Source of the DNA: Octopus bimaculoides
Taxonomy: Eukaryota
Assembly (NCBI RefSeq): GCF_001194135.2
Contig: NC_068998.1
Location: forward strand, 16,684,834 to 16,748,833
Direction: 5' to 3'
DNA: 64,000 nt
The translations under genes and the position numbers were made by a program. The notes beneath the pieces are model-generated. The model did no database searches and was not told where the DNA came from. It saw nothing but the letters and a program-made list of their open reading frames with translations. This document shows, piece by piece, positions 51,501 to 61,770 of the stretch. How positions within the stretch are numbered: position 1 is the stretch's first letter; each line of letters starts with the position of its first letter.

Positions 51501-53485
51501 TGAAACGAGGTGTATTGAAGCAGATTGGATGCTGATGATTTGGCACAATTGACTGAATATTGAACCTTTTTTCATGATGGTACTTTTTGATGTTAGAGCC
51601 AATACACACACACACACACACACACACATGTAGAAATATACACATACAGAAAGAAGGAGAGAATGAGAGAAACATTATAATGTCTGATGTCAAATAAGTC
51701 ATCATTGAATCAGTGATACCAAATAGGCAATGCCAAAACTGCTGTGCCAAATAGTCTCATACCTGTGTTGGAGGGCTTGCACACAAAATCATGAATATGT
51801 GCACAAACATATAAATATTGGTTTCAAATTTTGGCACAAAGCCAGCAATTTTCAGGGAGGGGGTAAATTGAATTCATCAGTCCCAGTGTTTAACTGGTAC
51901 TTATTTTATTGACCCTGAAAGGATTAAAGGCAAAGTTGACCTCGGCAGAATTTGAACTCAGAACATAAAGACAGATGAAATACTTATTTTGTTATTGCCC
52001 ACAAGGGGCTAAACATAGAGGGGACAAACAAGGACAGACAAAGGGATCAAGTCGATTACATCGACCCCAGTGCGTTACTGGTACTTAATTTATCGACCCT
52101 GGAAGGACGAAAGGCAAAGTCAACCTCGGCGGAATTTGAACTCGGAACGTAGCGGCAGATGAAATACCGCTAAGCATTTCGCCCGGTGTGCTAACATTTC
52201 TGCCAGCTCGCCGCCTTACACAAACATATAAATATTCCCACGTACACTTACATGCTTACGTACACACATCTAACTTTATACTTATATGTGCACTCACACA
52301 TATGCACGCTCAATGACATTTCATATATTTTATTGTATTTGCTTCAGTCGTTGGGCTGCTGCTATGTTGGAACAAGACTGTGGAAGGTTTAGTTGAACAA
52401 ATCACCCCCCAGCACTTTCACATTTTTAAGTCTGGTACTTATTCCATCTGTCTCTTATACCAAACTGCTAAGTTATGGGGACATAAACAAACCAATGTTC
52501 AAACATAGGTATGATACTCAGCATTCACTGTTCAACTACTGACTGTTAAACCAATACACATTGAATTAACATGGCAAAACAATATGGTCGAACTAACACC
52601 GTCAACTACCCCTTGACAGTTCACTCAGTTTTGATTGTAATTGATTAGTCCACCTTCAGTCATGTGGGGTAGTTCCAGATTCTCCCATAACACTATCTTA
52701 AAAAGAAAAAGACATATTGGATATCTCTAAAAAGACTGGATGGTCATGACTGGACTGACTTTTATCATGGGATTGCTTGATCAAAGCTGAAATAAGGGTT
52801 AATAATAGCAATAGTTGACTTTCTCTGGATGAAAAGTTGGTTAAAAATTTTGTGTTGAAGGTAAATAAAAAAAAAAACCATTCGGTACAGGCATGGCTGT
52901 GGGGTAAGAAGTTTGCTCCCCAACTACTTGGTTCCAGGTTCAGTCGCATTGTGTGGCACCTTGGATGAGTGTCTTCTATAGCCTAGGGTTGACTAAAGTC
53001 TTGTGAATGGATTTGGTGGACAGAAACTAAAAGAAGCCCATTGTATATGTATAGACAGTGTGTGTTTTTGTGTCTGTATTCCCCCTCCCCTGTCACTTGA
53101 CAATTGGTGTTGGTGTGTTTATGTCCCCATAACTTGGGAGTTCATCAAAAAGAGAACAATAGAAAATAAGTGAAGGACTTGAAGAAAAAAGCAAATAGAT
53201 ACTGGGGTTGATTCATCCAACTAAAAATTCTGCATGGTGGTGCTCCAGCATGACCGCTGTCTAATTATTAAAACAAGTAAAAGATAAAAGTATTATGAAA
53301 CCTTTTTTTTGTTTCTCTGCAGCATATCTGAAGATGAAATGGAAGAATGTGAATTGGCTGAGTCAGATGGAGAGTTACAAATAGTGACAGAATGTTGGGT
53401 GGAACCTCAACATGGCCTAAGTGTGAACAACCCACTGGAGAGGAAACACTTGAATGGATTGACTTACCAAGAAATTGCATCTTCG
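24710..53485 (+). CDS. SZT2: KICSTOR complex protein SZT2, 5' partial spliced CDS (20 exons, 2967 nt, 989 codons); gene continues beyond the window
   Basis: join(24710-24751, 31233-31352, 32285-32464, 34593-34670, 34895-34987, 35213-35347, 36043-36223, 37907-38127, 39745-39890, 41514-41668, 42473-42569, 43411-43545, 43748-43873, 45165-45230, 46159-46377, 47664-48032, 49063-49287, 50360-50438, 51236-51372, 53323-53485). All GT-AG and phase-consistent with no stops. SZT2 motifs recognised: [108 protein letters not shown]. Confidence 0.95.
29020..29290 (+). mobile_element. Probable non-autonomous Helitron-like element 5' end
   Basis: TCTATCTATATAAAGATGAGAATGTGTGTCTGTCTGTCTG..AACTACACAACCAATTTCATACAAATTTTACAC resembles invertebrate Helitron-N 5' architecture. 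No 3' hairpin/CTRR was confirmed. Confidence 0.4.
31233..31352 (+). CDS. SZT2: SZT2 exon 2
   Basis: [40 protein letters not shown], ag/gtaagc. Confidence 0.93.
32285..32464 (+). CDS. SZT2: SZT2 exon 3
   Basis: [15 protein letters not shown]...[18 protein letters not shown], ag/gtaagc. Confidence 0.93.
33675..33965 (+). mobile_element. RTE LINE apurinic endonuclease fragment
   Basis: [57 protein letters not shown]. Confidence 0.85.
34593..34670 (+). CDS. SZT2: SZT2 exon 4
   Basis: [26 protein letters not shown], ag/gtaagt. Confidence 0.92.
34895..34987 (+). CDS. SZT2: SZT2 exon 5
   Basis: [31 protein letters not shown], ag/gtaagt. Confidence 0.92.
35213..35347 (+). CDS. SZT2: SZT2 exon 6
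   Basis: [45 protein letters not shown], ag/gtgagt. Confidence 0.92.
35390..35617. mobile_element. piggyBac-type MITE family A (TTAA|CCCTTTAGCATT..AATGCTAAAGGG|TTAA, about 225 bp)
   Basis: Copies: 2940-3164, 10700-10929, 35390-35617 (inverted), 41160-41306 (partial, inverted), 45795-45892 (partial, inverted), 62406-62634. Confidence 0.8.
36043..36223 (+). CDS. SZT2: SZT2 exon 7
   Basis: HELSEV...[22 protein letters not shown](G), ag/gtactg. Confidence 0.92.
37510..37888 (+). mobile_element. RTE LINE 3' end / tail-derived element with (ATG)n tail
   Basis: ..AAGGGCATCCAGCTGTAGAAAC..CCATGCTAGCATGGAAAGCGGATGTTAAACGATGATGATG. Many copies in the window (e.g. 4190-4340, 7980-8170, 19195-19480, 22680-22870, 34230-34450, 35940-36008, 41790-41990, 53780-54110, 63290-63780). 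Confidence 0.8.
37907..38127 (+). CDS. SZT2: SZT2 exon 8
   Basis: (G)[13 protein letters not shown]...[21 protein letters not shown], ag/gtaagt. Confidence 0.94.
39745..39890 (+). CDS. SZT2: SZT2 exon 9
   Basis: [22 protein letters not shown]...SWVG(R), ag/gtacaa. Confidence 0.92.
41514..41668 (+). CDS. SZT2: SZT2 exon 10
   Basis: LLTHPV...[35 protein letters not shown](G), ag/gtatgt. Confidence 0.93.
42473..42569 (+). CDS. SZT2: SZT2 exon 11
   Basis: [31 protein letters not shown](K), ag/gtaagc. Confidence 0.93.
43059..43195. mobile_element. Palindromic TTAA-flanked MITE (137 bp)
   Basis: TTAACTTTTAGCATGCT..GAGTTTTCTCCCCT / AGGGGAGAAAACTC..AGCATGCTAAAGGTTAA; arms about 53 bp. Confidence 0.75.
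43411..43545 (+). CDS. SZT2: SZT2 exon 12
   Basis: [21 protein letters not shown]...[10 protein letters not shown](N), ag/gtgagt. Confidence 0.93.
43748..43873 (+). CDS. SZT2: SZT2 exon 13
   Basis: [41 protein letters not shown](Q), ag/gttagt. Confidence 0.9.
45165..45230 (+). CDS. SZT2: SZT2 exon 14
   Basis: [21 protein letters not shown](W), ag/gttagt. Confidence 0.9.
46159..46377 (+). CDS. SZT2: SZT2 exon 15
   Basis: [32 protein letters not shown]...[12 protein letters not shown]..., ag/gtaagt. Confidence 0.93.
47664..48032 (+). CDS. SZT2: SZT2 exon 16
   Basis: [27 protein letters not shown]...[13 protein letters not shown](R), ag/gttagt. Confidence 0.93.
49063..49287 (+). CDS. SZT2: SZT2 exon 17
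   Basis: YERVPHDL...[14 protein letters not shown]...MLSTLA(K), ag/gttagt. Confidence 0.93.
50360..50438 (+). CDS. SZT2: SZT2 exon 18
   Basis: [26 protein letters not shown], ag/gtaggc. Confidence 0.93.
51236..51372 (+). CDS. SZT2: SZT2 exon 19
   Basis: SDNSFIKR...[19 protein letters not shown](S), ag/gtatgt. Confidence 0.92.
51995..52217 (-). mobile_element. tRNA-headed SINE family with conserved central domain (GGTACTTAATTTATCGACCC..GGATGAAAGGCAAAGTCGACC, Nin/Deu-domain-like)
   Basis: Best-preserved copy: head GGCGGCGAGCTGGCAGAA with B-box GAGTTCAAATT. Other copies near 9050-9265, 9285-9480, 17925-18055, 32590-32790, 32975-33182, 38785-38985, 48145-48360, 51820-51990, 63145-63285. The domain name is from memory, not a search. 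Confidence 0.75.
52888..53290 (+). mobile_element. tRNA-headed SINE ending GAAACAAGTAAAAGA
   Basis: Head GCAGGCATGGCTGTG..GTAAGAAG..GGTTCAGTC, internal (TG)n, tail ..GAAACAAGTAAAAGATAAAAG. Related copies near 4545-4870(-), 33470-33660(-), 40935-41100(+), 42585-42790(-), 44005-44400(-), 45318-45540(-), 46690-47380(+), 62008-62400(+), 62715-63080(-). Confidence 0.75.
53323..53485 (+). CDS. SZT2: SZT2 exon 20 (last exon found in window)
   Basis: [31 protein letters not shown]...[12 protein letters not shown], ag/gtatgt. Confidence 0.93.
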
Positions 53486-54420
53486 GTATGTCCTAGTTCT
53501 TCTTATAATTCTCTTTTGTTTATTTGTTTGATATTAATAGGATTCTTGATAATTTGGGAGAGAAAAATTAGAAAATAATAGCTAATGTTGGTTTCAAAGT
53601 ACCAAACATTCTTTTGCTTGTTATAAATTTCAGTTATTTTTCTTTTAAATTCTTTATTAATTTTTCAGAGGGACTTGAAATTTGTTTTTATTTATTACAG
53701 AGAATGAGCATGTTTTGTATATGTCTTTTTGTGTGTGAGTGTGTAAATATATATGTATATATATATACACTAAACTGCACTTGCGAAGACCTGTTGAGGC
53801 AAGTGAAATCGAAATCATACTAAATTCGATGACTGGCACCCATGCCAACGTCGTCTCCTTCATTGGACACGAAACTCAGCTTGCGAAGACCTGTTGGGGC
53901 AAGCGAAAGCGAAATCGTGATGGCACCTGTGCCCAGTGTTGCCTTTCTGGCACTTGTGCCTGCGGCATGTGTAAGGACTTTCGAGCGAGATCGTTGCCAG
54001 TGCCCCCTGGACTGGCCCTTGTGCGGGTGGCACATAAAATACACCATTTTGAACGCGGCTGTTGCCAGTACCGCCTGACTGGCCTTCGTGCCGGTGGCAC
54101 GTAAAAGCACNNNNNNNNNNNNNNNNNNNNNNNNNNNNNNNNNNNNNNNNNNNNNNNNNNNNNNNNNNNNNNNNNNNNNNNNNNNNNNNNNNNNNNNNNN
54201 NNNNNNNNNNNNNNNNNNNNNNNNNNNNNNNNNNNNNNNNNNNNNNNNNNNNNNNNNNNNNNNNNNNNNNNNNNNNNNNNNNNNNNNNNNNNNNNNNNNN
54301 NNNNNNNNNNNNNNNNNNNNNNNNNNNNNNNNNNNNNNNNNNNNNNNNNNTATATATATATATATATATATATGCATGTATTATTTATATTATATGTATT
54401 TATATGTGCATGTATTTATT

Positions 54421-54679
54421 ATTCTTATACAAGAACATTGTTGACAGTGACTTTGAAGTTTTGGCCAGCTAAGTCATTGTTGGACTGTGATACATTAGAG
54501 TTATTCTTGCCTTTATGTAGTCTCTGTTGAGTTAAAATAATCTTTGGGTGTGTGGGTTTGAGTTGGGTGGTAATTAGGTTTTTATGGTCAGTTGTTATGG
54601 AAAGGTGTTTTGGGAAAATTTTTTATTGATTAAATTTGGGTTTTCAGAGTCACTGTCAACAACATTCTTGTATAAGAAT
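54421..54679. mobile_element. MITE-like element with about 37-bp TIRs
   Basis: ATTCTTATACAAGAACATTGTTGACAGTGACTTTGAA versus the reverse complement of TTCAGAGTCACTGTCAACAACATTCTTGTATAAGAAT. Confidence 0.7.
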
Positions 54680-55594
54680 TATAAATTTGTACTCTATAAA
54701 AGTATGGAGTACAAATACATCAGATGAATGTAAAACTGTTTCTATTATAACTGAACATAAAAACAAACATTAATATATATGCATGTATATATGTGTATGT
54801 ATTTTTTTCTCTGAATGTTCTATTCTGTTTTTAATTGTTTGGAGCCTTCCTGTAAGGAAGGAGCTGGTTTCTAACAAAGATACAAAGCTCCATCATTAGA
54901 ATGTAGATAACTAAAAAAAAAATTTTTTTTTTAAAAATGTCACATTTTGAACTTAAAGTTTTGCATATTTCTACTGTTCTGCTTACAGATTGTAATTGTA
55001 ACGTGCATGTGTGTTAGCTGGTTGATTTCTTTTTCTGAAAACCATAACCTTTTCAAATTGTCACTTAGACATTTACTCATGAAACCAAATGCATCAATTA
55101 TTATTTGGAAAATATGATTTCATAATCTAGGTGTGGAAGCTACGGGTTTCAAAGTAGTTGTTCATAGTCATCCTCTTTCTCTTTAATTTTCGAAAAGATA
55201 TTTACATCAATGGAACAGCTGACTTCTATGATAACATACTTTTCCCTGTCTATCTGAAACAGTGATATCTGGCCTCTTATGTTTGCATTTGGTAGAAGTT
55301 TTGATAGGAATGTCCCACCAGTATTCTTTGTGCTGATATTTATGGATTCAATATTAGGAGAATTCTCTATACTTATCCCTATATTTATTTTTTGATGGCA
55401 TTATATATTGTTTTAGCAACAACATGTTGCATTGTGAGGTAATAACTTGATAACATTTTTGGGCAGCTGCTGTTCACTTGTGTGATATTGACACTTTTGG
55501 TTGCATTTTTGACACCAAAAGAGGTTCATTGTCTTTTTTGTTTGTTTGGTATTTTTTAGCATATATATAAATGTATATATATATATATATTTGT

Positions 55595-55755
55595 TGCGAT
55601 CACATCACCCCTCACATTTGGCCACCTAACTCTCCAGACTGCAACCCCCTTGATTATTATGTGTGGGGCACAGTGGAGCGAGAGACCAACAAAACTTATT
55701 GTAACACTAAAGATGAACTGAATGCAAGGATTATGGCAGCATTCACCAGCTTAAA
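55595..55755 (+). mobile_element. Partial second copy of the DD37D transposase segment
   Basis: Nearly identical to 56485-56646 (CDHITPHIWPPNSPDCNPLDYYVWG..AAFTSL). Confidence 0.85.
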
Positions 55756-55951
55756 AAATGGCTGATAGTTAGCAAGGTGGGACACACATAATAAAGAAGA
55801 AAGCAAAGGACCACTGATGAGGTCACAGAAGTGTGACGAAAGAACTCTGGCCGAAATAGGACTAATGTAATGTAATGTAATATAAAGCTGAAGCAAATTA
55901 ACACCAAATATACAGTGCTTGTGTTTTTATTGGCTAAACTGGCAAGTACAA

Positions 55952-56006
<55 letters not shown>

Positions 56007-56008
<2 letters not shown>

Positions 56009-56854
56009 GGGTGCAATGGGTAAATTGTTGCCAATTTATATGTTTAATTTCATGCATGTGCATTGTTTGTTTCTGATTTTGTTGACTACACAGTATAGAG
56101 AAAAACAGCATTATGATGCAATTCACTCTGCCAGAAATTTGGAAATGACATGCTGTATTGCTTGGCATTCATGCTGGATACTCTAATATGAACATTTCAG
56201 AGTGCCTGGGTGACAGTCTGAAGATATGTACTGAGAGTGATAAAAATCAAACATCCAGTCAACATCATGGTGTTTGGAGTGATCACTAGTGATGGCAATG
56301 TTATGCCTCCATTCATCTTACCACACGGCCTCAGGCTCAACACGGAGGCCTACATCAAGTGCCTGGAGGAAGTGGTGCTACCCTGGGTCAAGAGGGTGGC
56401 TTCTGGAAAACCCTATGTCTGGCAACAGGACTCTGCACCATGCCACACAAGCAAGAGAACCCAGTTATGGCTTTCAGACAATTTCTGTGATCACTTCACC
56501 CCTCACATTTGGCCACCTAACTCTCCAGACTGCAACCCCCTTGATTATTATGTGTGGGGCACAGTGGAGCGAGAGACCAACAAAACTCCTTGTAACACCA
56601 AAGATGAACTGAAGGCAAGGATTATGGCAGCATTCACCAGCTTAAACAAGGAGATTGTTCAGAAGAATTGCAGGAGATTCCGAAGCTGTCTGGAGGTCGT
56701 GGTTGAAGCTAATTGTGATTTTATTGAATAAATTTACTCTTTAGTATTTCAAGATATTTTTATATAATTTTGGTAAATATATCTGTTAAAATGAGATGTC
56801 AGTGTTATTTTCATTTTTGCATAATTTAGACGACAGTTTATTTACCGTACCCTG
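56007..56854 (+). mobile_element. Tc1/mariner DD37D (maT-type) transposon, internally deleted
   Basis: ORF 56237-56731 VWQQDSAPCH..WPPNSPDCNPLDYYVWG with 37 residues between the 2nd and 3rd D. Decayed N-terminus from 56113 (MQFTLPEIWK*HAVLLG); imperfect TIRs TAGGGTGC.. / ..GTACCCTG. Confidence 0.88.
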
Positions 56855-57289
56855 NNNNNNNNNNNNNNNNNNNNNNNNNNNNNNNNNNNNNNNNNNNNNN
56901 NNNNNNNNNNNNNNNNNNNNNNNNNNNNNNNNNNNNNNNNNNNNNNNNNNNNNNNNNNNNNNNNNNNNNNNNNNNNNNNNNNNNNNNNNNNNNNNNNNNN
57001 NNNNNNNNNNNNNNNNNNNNNNNNNNNNNNNNNNNNNNNNNNNNNNNNNNNNNNNNNNNNNNNNNNNNNNNNNNNNNNNNNNNNNNNNNNNNNNNNNNNN
57101 NNNNNNNNNNNNNNNNNNNNNNNNNNTATATATATAAACCATGCCAAAACAAGTACATGAAGCAGAAATGTGAGGAAGGAAAGAGATGTAGAGATGTAGT
57201 TTGGTTTGTTGTGGGGGTAGGGTGTGTGAGAAGTTTTCTTGTTGAGTGTGGGTGGGACACACAGTGCTTCTGGAACTCAGTTTTGCTGA

Positions 57290-57890
57290 TGTGGGTGGGT
57301 CTTCTCTAGAACTTCATATCGCCAGACATCTCAGTCCATTCATTGTCATTTCCTCTGTGAAGCCCAACATCCTGAGGTCGGTCCTTACCACTTCATCCCA
57401 CGTCTTGCTAGGTCTCCCTCTTTCGTGGGTACCATCCACTTTCAGTGATCAGCACTTCTTTATGTGGCTGTCCTCATTCAAACACATCATATGTCCAAAC
57501 CAATGTAGTCTTCTCTCTTGCATGCTACATTTGATTCTTCTTATGCCCAACATTTCTCTCAATACATTTGCACTTTGCCATACATGTGCACTGCTGTTGC
57601 ACATCCAACAGAGCATACTACCTTCATTTCTCTCCAGTCTATGCTTGTCCTCTGCATTCAGAGCCCATGTTTCACTACCATGGAGTATAGCCGTTTGCAC
57701 ACAAGCATCATATAGTCTACCTTTCACACTGAGAGAGAGAGAGTCCTTTTGTTGCCAACAGAGGTAATAGCTCTCTGAACTTCCTCCACCCAATTCTTAT
57801 TCTAGAAACAATACTTTCAGAGTATCCTCCACCATTACTAACTTGGTCACCTAGGTAGCAGAAACTATCTACAACCTCAAGAGAGCCTCC
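57290..57890 (-). mobile_element. RTE LINE C-terminal fragment
   Basis: KGRLYDACVQTAILHGSETWAL..RLERNEGSMLCWMC..RRLHWFGHMM, then GRPSKTWDEVV in the continuation. Confidence 0.85.
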
Positions 57891-58398
57891 TAGGCATTTG
57901 AAAGAATCTAAGTCCCATGTGCTTTTAGTGCTTATTGTTCCTGCACATCTGCCACATACAAAGATGACTTTTAATTAAATACTGTCTCTAGTGTATATAC
58001 TGGATACATACATATGTATGTATTTAGAATATAGGCAGAGCAGCATAGAGTTTGGATACAGTTTGTATTTTAGTTGGTCTCAACAGCTATTACATTAATA
58101 CTAAATAACATTAAAGATATAATCACATAATTGTGACACGCAATTAATTAATTATGTATCAGAATTATGTAATTATACATTGATTGATGCATATCTTAAA
58201 GAAACAGCTGTTGAGTATGAACTATATGTAACATTTATGTTTTTCTGCTTTTAAAGATTGTTTTAATTAATTATGTATATACATGCAAGTCTGTCCTGCT
58301 TGGATTTTCTGCAATGAAGTAATGTGTTGGAATTTAATGACTTGTTAATTGAGCTCTTAATTATGATTGATATTTTACACATCAGTTTTTCTATTTAG

Positions 58399-58430
<32 letters not shown>

Positions 58431-58689
58431 GTTTATGTGTATAAATATATGTATATGACTGTGTATATTCTGCATTTCTGAAGCTCTATGGAATAAAACT
58501 CCTTACTTTAAAAACTGTGAATTGTTGGCAACAGAAAGAACTAGCTGGCTCTAAAATCCTGTCTCAAATTACTCCCCATCTTTGCAAGGTTTATTATTAT
58601 TATTTCTTTTTTCTTACCTGAACTCTACTGGAAAAACATATTACTAAGTATATATAGGTATCTGGTGTTATTTGATGTATAGGTATGTA

Positions 58690-58902
58690 TGAGGAGCTGC
58701 TGAAAAGTTCCTTGCTTGGGTAAAAGAAAATATGGGATGATCAGTTAATTATGGTATTATTCAATATATTCCCCTCTCAGATTCACACACTTATTGCAGC
58801 AGTCCTTCAGTTTTTCTAAGCACAGTAGAACTCAGCTGGTTGGGCCTCTAACCAGGCCTTTCGCAATACCCTTAGAGTCATGAACTTTTCAGCACCCCCT
58901 CA
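58690..58902. mobile_element. Mariner-type MITE, TA-flanked
   Basis: TA|TGAGGAGCTGCTGAAAAGTTC ... GAACTTTTCAGCACCCCCTCA|TA; 21-bp TIRs with 2 mismatches. Confidence 0.75.
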
Positions 58903-61399
58903 TATGTTAGTTGCATAGGTGAGGTTTGAGAAAAAACAAAACAAAACATTTTTTCCCCCTGTCAGAAGAAATCATACTATTTAGAAGAGCGCTTGACTTA
59001 CTAGAAATATCAACCAAATAATCCACCACTTTTAAAACAAGGGATGACTCATTTTGTAATATAGACATTTTTTAAAAGACAGGATTCTCATAAATTAGAA
59101 TGTCTTAGAACACAGGCCTTCACAACCAAGAGAAACTAAGACAGCAGCAACAACAACAACAATAACCATTACATTATTCAGAATTCTTCTATTAGTTAAA
59201 CTGGCTGCAACCAACACTTGCTCATTCTTTTCTTTTTCCCTTTGTTCCTCTAGATGTACAGGACAAAGATATGTTATCTATAATCTCTGAATTATTTTAA
59301 AATTTTGTGTCCTGTACCTTGAACTGCTAAGATTTTTTTTAATTGTTATCTTTTGTCTGATTAATTCCAACTTGATTTTTGGTTCCAATTCTTATACTTG
59401 AGTAATTGCTAATCTTTGAGATGAATCCAAAGTTCTATTCTCTTTTTTCCCCAACATCTCTCTCCCTCTCCCTGTTTGTCTGTCTGTCTCTCTTATTTCA
59501 CCAGGAACAAAATACTTAATACTTCCATTTTACTCGATTATTTTAAATATATTATGATGATGATGATTATCTTGATAAGCGAAGCTTTCAGACATTTTGG
59601 CTGTTTGTTTGTTTATTTTGTTTTTGTTGAAATTTCTGTCAATTCTAATACATGTTAGACATATTAGCAGCTAAGTGGTTAAGATACGGTTAGGTCAAAA
59701 GTTATGTACTTGGCAAGATATGGAATTTAACTTCAGTTTTTGACTTCAATCTAATTTCTGGCTAAATGATAAGTATTAGTTTTAGCTCATAGTAAGGAAT
59801 ATTAATATTGGGAAAGGCATTCAAGTATGAAAAATACCCTCCTTCCAAAGGGAGTGGTGGTGAAATAAATCTGATGTAAAAAAATAATTAATACAACTAA
59901 TGTATACAAAGACCTATTTTTTAAAACCTTTTGTTACTGTATGTTTAATGAAATACATTAGCCACAGACACACACCTGTAAGAAAGGTTGTGTGGTCAAA
60001 AAGTCATTTCTCAACCATATAAGAACCTGGTTGACCAAAGCCATGTTATTGGATTTTGGTTGATGGAAACTGAAAGAAGCCTGTTGTGTGTGTGTGTGTG
60101 TGTGTGTAAATTTGAATCACAATATATGGATTTAAGTAATCCAGTAGTACTCTTAAAACATATAATATATAGTACAATACCAGAGAAAATGATAAGGAGT
60201 GTATAAAATTATAAATGACAAGAGAAATAGTATGATGAAAATTTATTTAACTATAAAAAAATTCAAACTTAAAGCATGTAAAGATAATTTATATTATTAT
60301 ATTCAATAGTAAATAAATTACTTACATGTCTCCATTTAAACATTTTTAACAAAGATTTTCTTTCACCTATAGATGTAACTTAATTTCTGCATTGTCTTAA
60401 AATGTTTTTTGCATTAATGCAGACATATAAGTAATTTATTTATTATTAAATATAATAGAAATTATGAAACAATTTGTCGTGTATTTGAATTTTCTTACAG
60501 TTAAATAAATTTTCATCATACTGTTTCTCTCATCATTTATAACTTTATATATGTGTATATATATTTGTGTAAATGTATGTATATGTGCCTTTGTCTTGCT
60601 ATCTATGCCTTCACATTGTTTATATGTGTTTGTGTAAAACTGTCACCATTTAGTCTATGGTTTGTCATGTAAAAGAACAGAGAAATAAGTACTTTATTGG
60701 GAAACATGCAAGGGTGGGGGACAGGAAGAACATTCAACCTTCAGCCATTGAATGGTTCTACAAGTTTTATTCTAGTAGGAAAAAAATCAAACAAAAATGA
60801 CAATGACAACAGCGACTTTATTCCACCAACTCAGTTCTGATGTTTCTCAATTTCTTCCTTCTAGTATAGTATTTTTATTTCAGTTGATCTGTCAGGTCCC
60901 ATACTTTATTCAGAACCTTGAAAGTTACTGCATCTCATTTATTCTTTATACAGAAAGACCTTTTCTGTTTATTACAATGCTAAATATATGATCTCAGGAA
61001 AAGTAGTAGCATCAGCATGAAAACCTAATCTGTTAAAGTGAAGATGCATAGCCTTGTGGTTAGGTTGTTAGACTCACAATTCTAAGGTTGTGAGTTCAGT
61101 TCCTGACCATTGTGTTATTGAGCAAGGCTCTTTATTTCACATTGGTTCACTCCACTCAGTTGGAAATGATCAACAGCAGCAGTAGGGTTAACTTTGTCAA
61201 AAAAAAAAAAAACACCAGAACACCTTGGCAGAGCTGATATTCTCTTTAATTAGACTCTTCATGTGTAGGTGTAGTGACTGCTTGATACTCCATTTTCCAC
61301 AGGAGAAAGGCTTTCTTGAGGGACTGATTTTCTCCATTGTCCCTCACATTTTCTTCTCACTTTAACTTATTACAGCCTATCAAAGGTGATGACAGCATC

Positions 61400-61770
61400 G
61401 ATCCGAGACATCCATGCTCCTCTGTTTCTCATGGGAGCAGACATGGCCTACAAGATTGAAATGAGATAGGCAGATTCTGTGGCACTGAGGGCACTGGAAA
61501 TGATCCCGAACAACAGCCTCATGGGATTGATGATGTCTCCTCCTCTCCTTGGTTTCAAAGCGCTTTACTCCAGCGGCTCACATAGACTTCCATGCCTTCC
61601 AATTAACAGCCATGGACACCAAGCAGTTGGGAAGGATACCACATAACATGAAAGACTGCTTCAGATAATCATGAAAATAAAGTTTTGGACATCCATGAGA
61701 CCTACTTCCAATCTCAACCTCACAGAAGAGGTTCATCTTTGGGAGCTGGTCACCTGGCGTCCAAGTCACA
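61400..61770 (-). mobile_element. Decayed RTE-like LINE C-terminus
   Basis: LPKMNLFCEVEIGSRSHGCPKLYFHDYLKQ..MAVNWKAWK resembles the LPKxxLYGELxxGxRxxGRPKLRYKD motif. Confidence 0.55.
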
